In this document: piece by piece, positions 34,400 through 36,237 of the stretch
How positions within the stretch are numbered: the stretch's first letter is position 1
How the letters are laid out: the number at the start of each line of letters is the position of its first letter
Assembly (NCBI GenBank): GCA_048885575.1
Contig: JBHLLM010000001.1
Location: 1-36,237, forward strand
From: Candidatus Hermodarchaeota archaeon
GTDB taxonomy: Archaea; Asgardarchaeota; Lokiarchaeia; Sigyniarchaeales; SOKP01
Direction of reading: 5' to 3'
DNA: 36,237 nucleotides
The notes under the pieces: generated by a model
What the model was told of the DNA's origin: nothing
Databases searched by the model: none
Seen by the model: the letters and a program-made list of their open reading frames with translations, nothing else
Made by a program: the position numbers and the translations under genes

Positions 34400-34567
34400 G
34401 AGATTAATTTTCTGTGAATGAAAAAAACCTAAGAACAAAGTTAATTGATTCCCACTGAATACCTTCTAAGCACGAGAATATAAGATCTTAAAACAAATCG
34501 AAAAAATATTTAAGTTTTGGGCAATTCTCAAGATTAATTTTCTAGTATTTAAATATTTGAGCACAAA

Positions 34568-34924
34568 ATGAGTCATCGAATTACGGGACCAAGTAATTAT
34601 TACAATCGGAAACTGATTCGCGAATTGTGGAAAACTAAGAGGAAAATTTGGCGAAAGATTTCAAAAAAGCTTTCAGGAGCAAGAAAGGATCGCGTAGAGG
34701 CAAATTTATATAGAATAAATAAAAAAACCAAAGAAAATGATGTAATAGTTATCCCCGGTAAGGTATTAGGTGTTGGTGATATCGACCATAAATTAACTAT
34801 TGCTTGTTTAGATTGTTCTAAAGCGGCTCAAAAAAAAATAGAATCTTCAGGAAGCAAACTAATATCGATAGAAGAACTTTTTAAACAAAATCCCGACGGA
34901 AAAAACATAAAAGTATTTTACTAA
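34568..34924 (+). CDS. rpl18e: Large-subunit ribosomal protein L18e
   Basis: The VIVIPGKVLGVGDIDHKLTIA block and size (118 aa). Sits in the conserved position upstream of rpl13-rps9. Confidence 0.85.
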   Translation: MSHRITGPSNYYNRKLIRELWKTKRKIWRKISKKLSGARKDRVEANLYRINKKTKENDVIVIPGKVLGVGDIDHKLTIACLDCSKAAQKKIESSGSKLISIEELFKQNPDGKNIKVFY

Positions 34925-34950
34925 TAATAATATTATAGAGAGAATGTCAA

Positions 34951-35421
34951 ATGCAAGAATACCTGTTAATGGACGCGAAGGATAAGATTTTAGGAAGGTT
35001 CTGTAGCCAAGTTGCTAAAAAAGCGTTGTTAGGTGAAAAAATCGTCATAGTCAACGCAAAAGACGCTATAATTACTGGTTCTAAGGAGAATATTCACGAA
35101 AAATACCTAGGCAAATTAAACATTAGTACAGCAACTAATCCAAGGCGTGGACCTTTCTGGCCCAGAAGACCCGATACATTCATGAGAAATATAATTAAAA
35201 AAATGCTCCCAACAAAGAAAATCAGAGGAAAGGAAGCTTTAAAACGCGTACATGTTTACATTGGAGCGATTCCAGAACGGTTTCAGAAGAGATATCAAAA
35301 CTTAATTCCAACGGAAGTACTATTTTCAGATAAAAAAAGACTTTCATATTATAACAAGTATATTACTCTAGAAAACCTTTGTTCGAGAATTGGTTGGAAT
35401 AAATTAGAAATTGAGGCTTAA
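34951..35421 (+). CDS. rpl13: Large-subunit ribosomal protein uL13
   Basis: DAKDKILGRFCSQVAKKALLGEKIVIVNA...RRPDTFMRNIIKKMLP...RGKEALKRVHVY, the canonical uL13 pattern. Confidence 0.9.
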   Translation: MQEYLLMDAKDKILGRFCSQVAKKALLGEKIVIVNAKDAIITGSKENIHEKYLGKLNISTATNPRRGPFWPRRPDTFMRNIIKKMLPTKKIRGKEALKRVHVYIGAIPERFQKRYQNLIPTEVLFSDKKRLSYYNKYITLENLCSRIGWNKLEIEA

Positions 35422-35426
35422 AACTT

Positions 35427-35843
35427 ATGTCAGAAAGAACTAAAGTAATTCAATCTTCCGGTAAAAGGAAAACTGCAATCGCTCGAGCTGTATTAAAATA
35501 TCCAGCTAAAGGACAAATTAGAATTAATAATGTTCCACTAGAAAAATACGAACCTGATATCGCAAGAATGCGCATTCAAGAAGTACTAGAAGTAATCGAT
35601 CATCCTAAGATAGAAAAGTGCGACATTAATATTACTGTAAAAGGCGGTGGAAGTATGGGTCAAACTGACGCTGTACGAATTGCAATTGCAAAATCCCTTA
35701 ATAAATTTATTGGTACAAAAACTATTGAAAAATCTTTTAGAGAATACGACGAGTCATTACTTTCAGGAGATTCAAGGAGAACTGAACCTAAGCATTTTGG
35801 AGGAAAAAAAGCTCGAGCAAGAAGGCAAAAGTCTTTTCGTTAA
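35427..35843 (+). CDS. rps9: Small-subunit ribosomal protein uS9
   Basis: GKRKTAIARAVL...GGGSMGQTDAVRIAIAKSL...DSRRTEPKHFGGKKARARRQKSFR, the canonical uS9 C-terminus. The gene starts 5 nt after the rpl13 stop. Confidence 0.9.
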   Translation: MSERTKVIQSSGKRKTAIARAVLKYPAKGQIRINNVPLEKYEPDIARMRIQEVLEVIDHPKIEKCDINITVKGGGSMGQTDAVRIAIAKSLNKFIGTKTIEKSFREYDESLLSGDSRRTEPKHFGGKKARARRQKSFR

Positions 35844-35860
35844 TATATTAAAATTGAATA

Positions 35861-36237
35861 CTAGTCTAAATTTTCAACTATTGCTCCCAATTTTTTGATA
35901 TCTTCTATAAAATTAGGGTAAGAATCCTTGACAATTTCGATATTAGATATTTGGGAAGGAGTTTTAGCAAATAAAGCCGCTATTGTAAATGCCATAGCAA
36001 TCCTATGATCATTTTCATGGTTTATATCTATACCTTCCAATTGATCACAATGAAAAATTGTAAGTTTATCTTCTTCTTCTTTTACTTTAACACCCATCTT
36101 GCTTAAACCTTGAGCAACAAGAGATAATCTATCACTCTCTTTACCTCTAATATTTGAAGCATTATATAATTCTGTCTTGCCTTTTGCGAATGCTCCAACA
36201 ATTGATAAAATTGGGAATAAATCTGGGATATCTTCGA
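35861..36237 (-). CDS. aroA: 3-phosphoshikimate 1-carboxyvinyltransferase (EPSP synthase), C-terminal part; the gene continues beyond the right edge
   Basis: The track ORF (from an internal Met at 36097) extends in frame to the window end: EDIPDLFPILSIVGAFAKGKTELYNASNIRGKESDRLSLVAQGLSKMGVKV...NDHRIAMAF. These are classic EPSPS motifs (RxKESDR, DHRIAMA). Confidence 0.85.
   Translation of the reverse strand, partial: EDIPDLFPILSIVGAFAKGKTELYNASNIRGKESDRLSLVAQGLSKMGVKVKEEEDKLTIFHCDQLEGIDINHENDHRIAMAFTIAALFAKTPSQISNIEIVKDSYPNFIEDIKKLGAIVENLD

Noticed and set aside
34401-34543. 13-bp direct repeat AGATTAATTTTCT at 34401-34413 and 34531-34543, considered as a target-site duplication for the inserted permease
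   Set aside because: Both copies lie downstream of the permease, not flanking it. At this base composition a 13-mer repeat within about 200 bp is roughly expected by chance somewhere in a 36-kb window.
35647-35898. 83-aa plus-strand ORF overlapping rps9 and the aroA 3' end
   Set aside because: It is an alternative frame of the canonical uS9 gene with no independent support.
1-36237. Search for CRISPR arrays, tRNA/rRNA genes, transposases, integrases and long terminal or inverted repeats
   Set aside because: There is no regularly spaced direct-repeat array. No GC-rich structured segment stands out from the AT-rich intergenic DNA as a tRNA or rRNA would. No ORF carries DDE, tyrosine or serine recombinase motifs. 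This was visual inspection only, so small ncRNAs cannot be excluded.

Overview
This is a strongly AT-rich archaeal chromosomal window of about 36 kb, densely coding on both strands. I saw no rRNA, tRNA, CRISPR array, transposase or integrase.

Archaeal identity is supported by a thermosome, RNA polymerase subunit D, ribosomal proteins L18e/L13/S9, two Lrp/AsnC regulators, archaeal/eukaryotic-type TrpRS and TrmI. The very low G+C, a Rag/Gtr-type GTPase, a second atypical small GTPase and an SDS22-type leucine-rich-repeat (LRR) protein point to an Asgard (Loki-like) lineage. That assignment is inference only.

The largest functional unit is a minus-strand operon, hdrA(tandem)-mvhD fusion > hdrC > hdrB > metV > metF > lrp (11141-18316). 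Its gene content matches the Hdr-coupled methylene-tetrahydrofolate reductase complex known from Moorella-type acetogens. A second, stand-alone metV-metF pair lies at 3640-5242.

Other confident calls:
- GTP-dependent PEP carboxykinase, MsrB, SHMT, YjbQ and a trmI plus tRNA-binding-protein pair
- 3-hydroxyacyl-CoA dehydrogenase and a flavoprotein disulfide reductase with a His-rich tail
- an MBL-fold hydrolase and a permease wedged between rpoD and rpl18e
- two genes truncated by the window edges: an N6-adenine DNA methyltransferase on the left and EPSP synthase on the right

I found no clear defence island or mobile element. The most interesting items are:
- the 1162-aa tandem-HdrA-MvhD fusion and its MetVF partners
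- the Rag/Gtr-like GTPase with a roadblock-like C-terminal half
- the MglA-like GTPase fused to a probable winged helix
- the uncharacterised membrane/small-protein block at 5.4-9.8 kb, flanked by unusually long non-coding DNA
- a 12-bp inverted repeat bracketing the putative thermosome TATA box

All family assignments come from motif recognition by eye. No searches were run.
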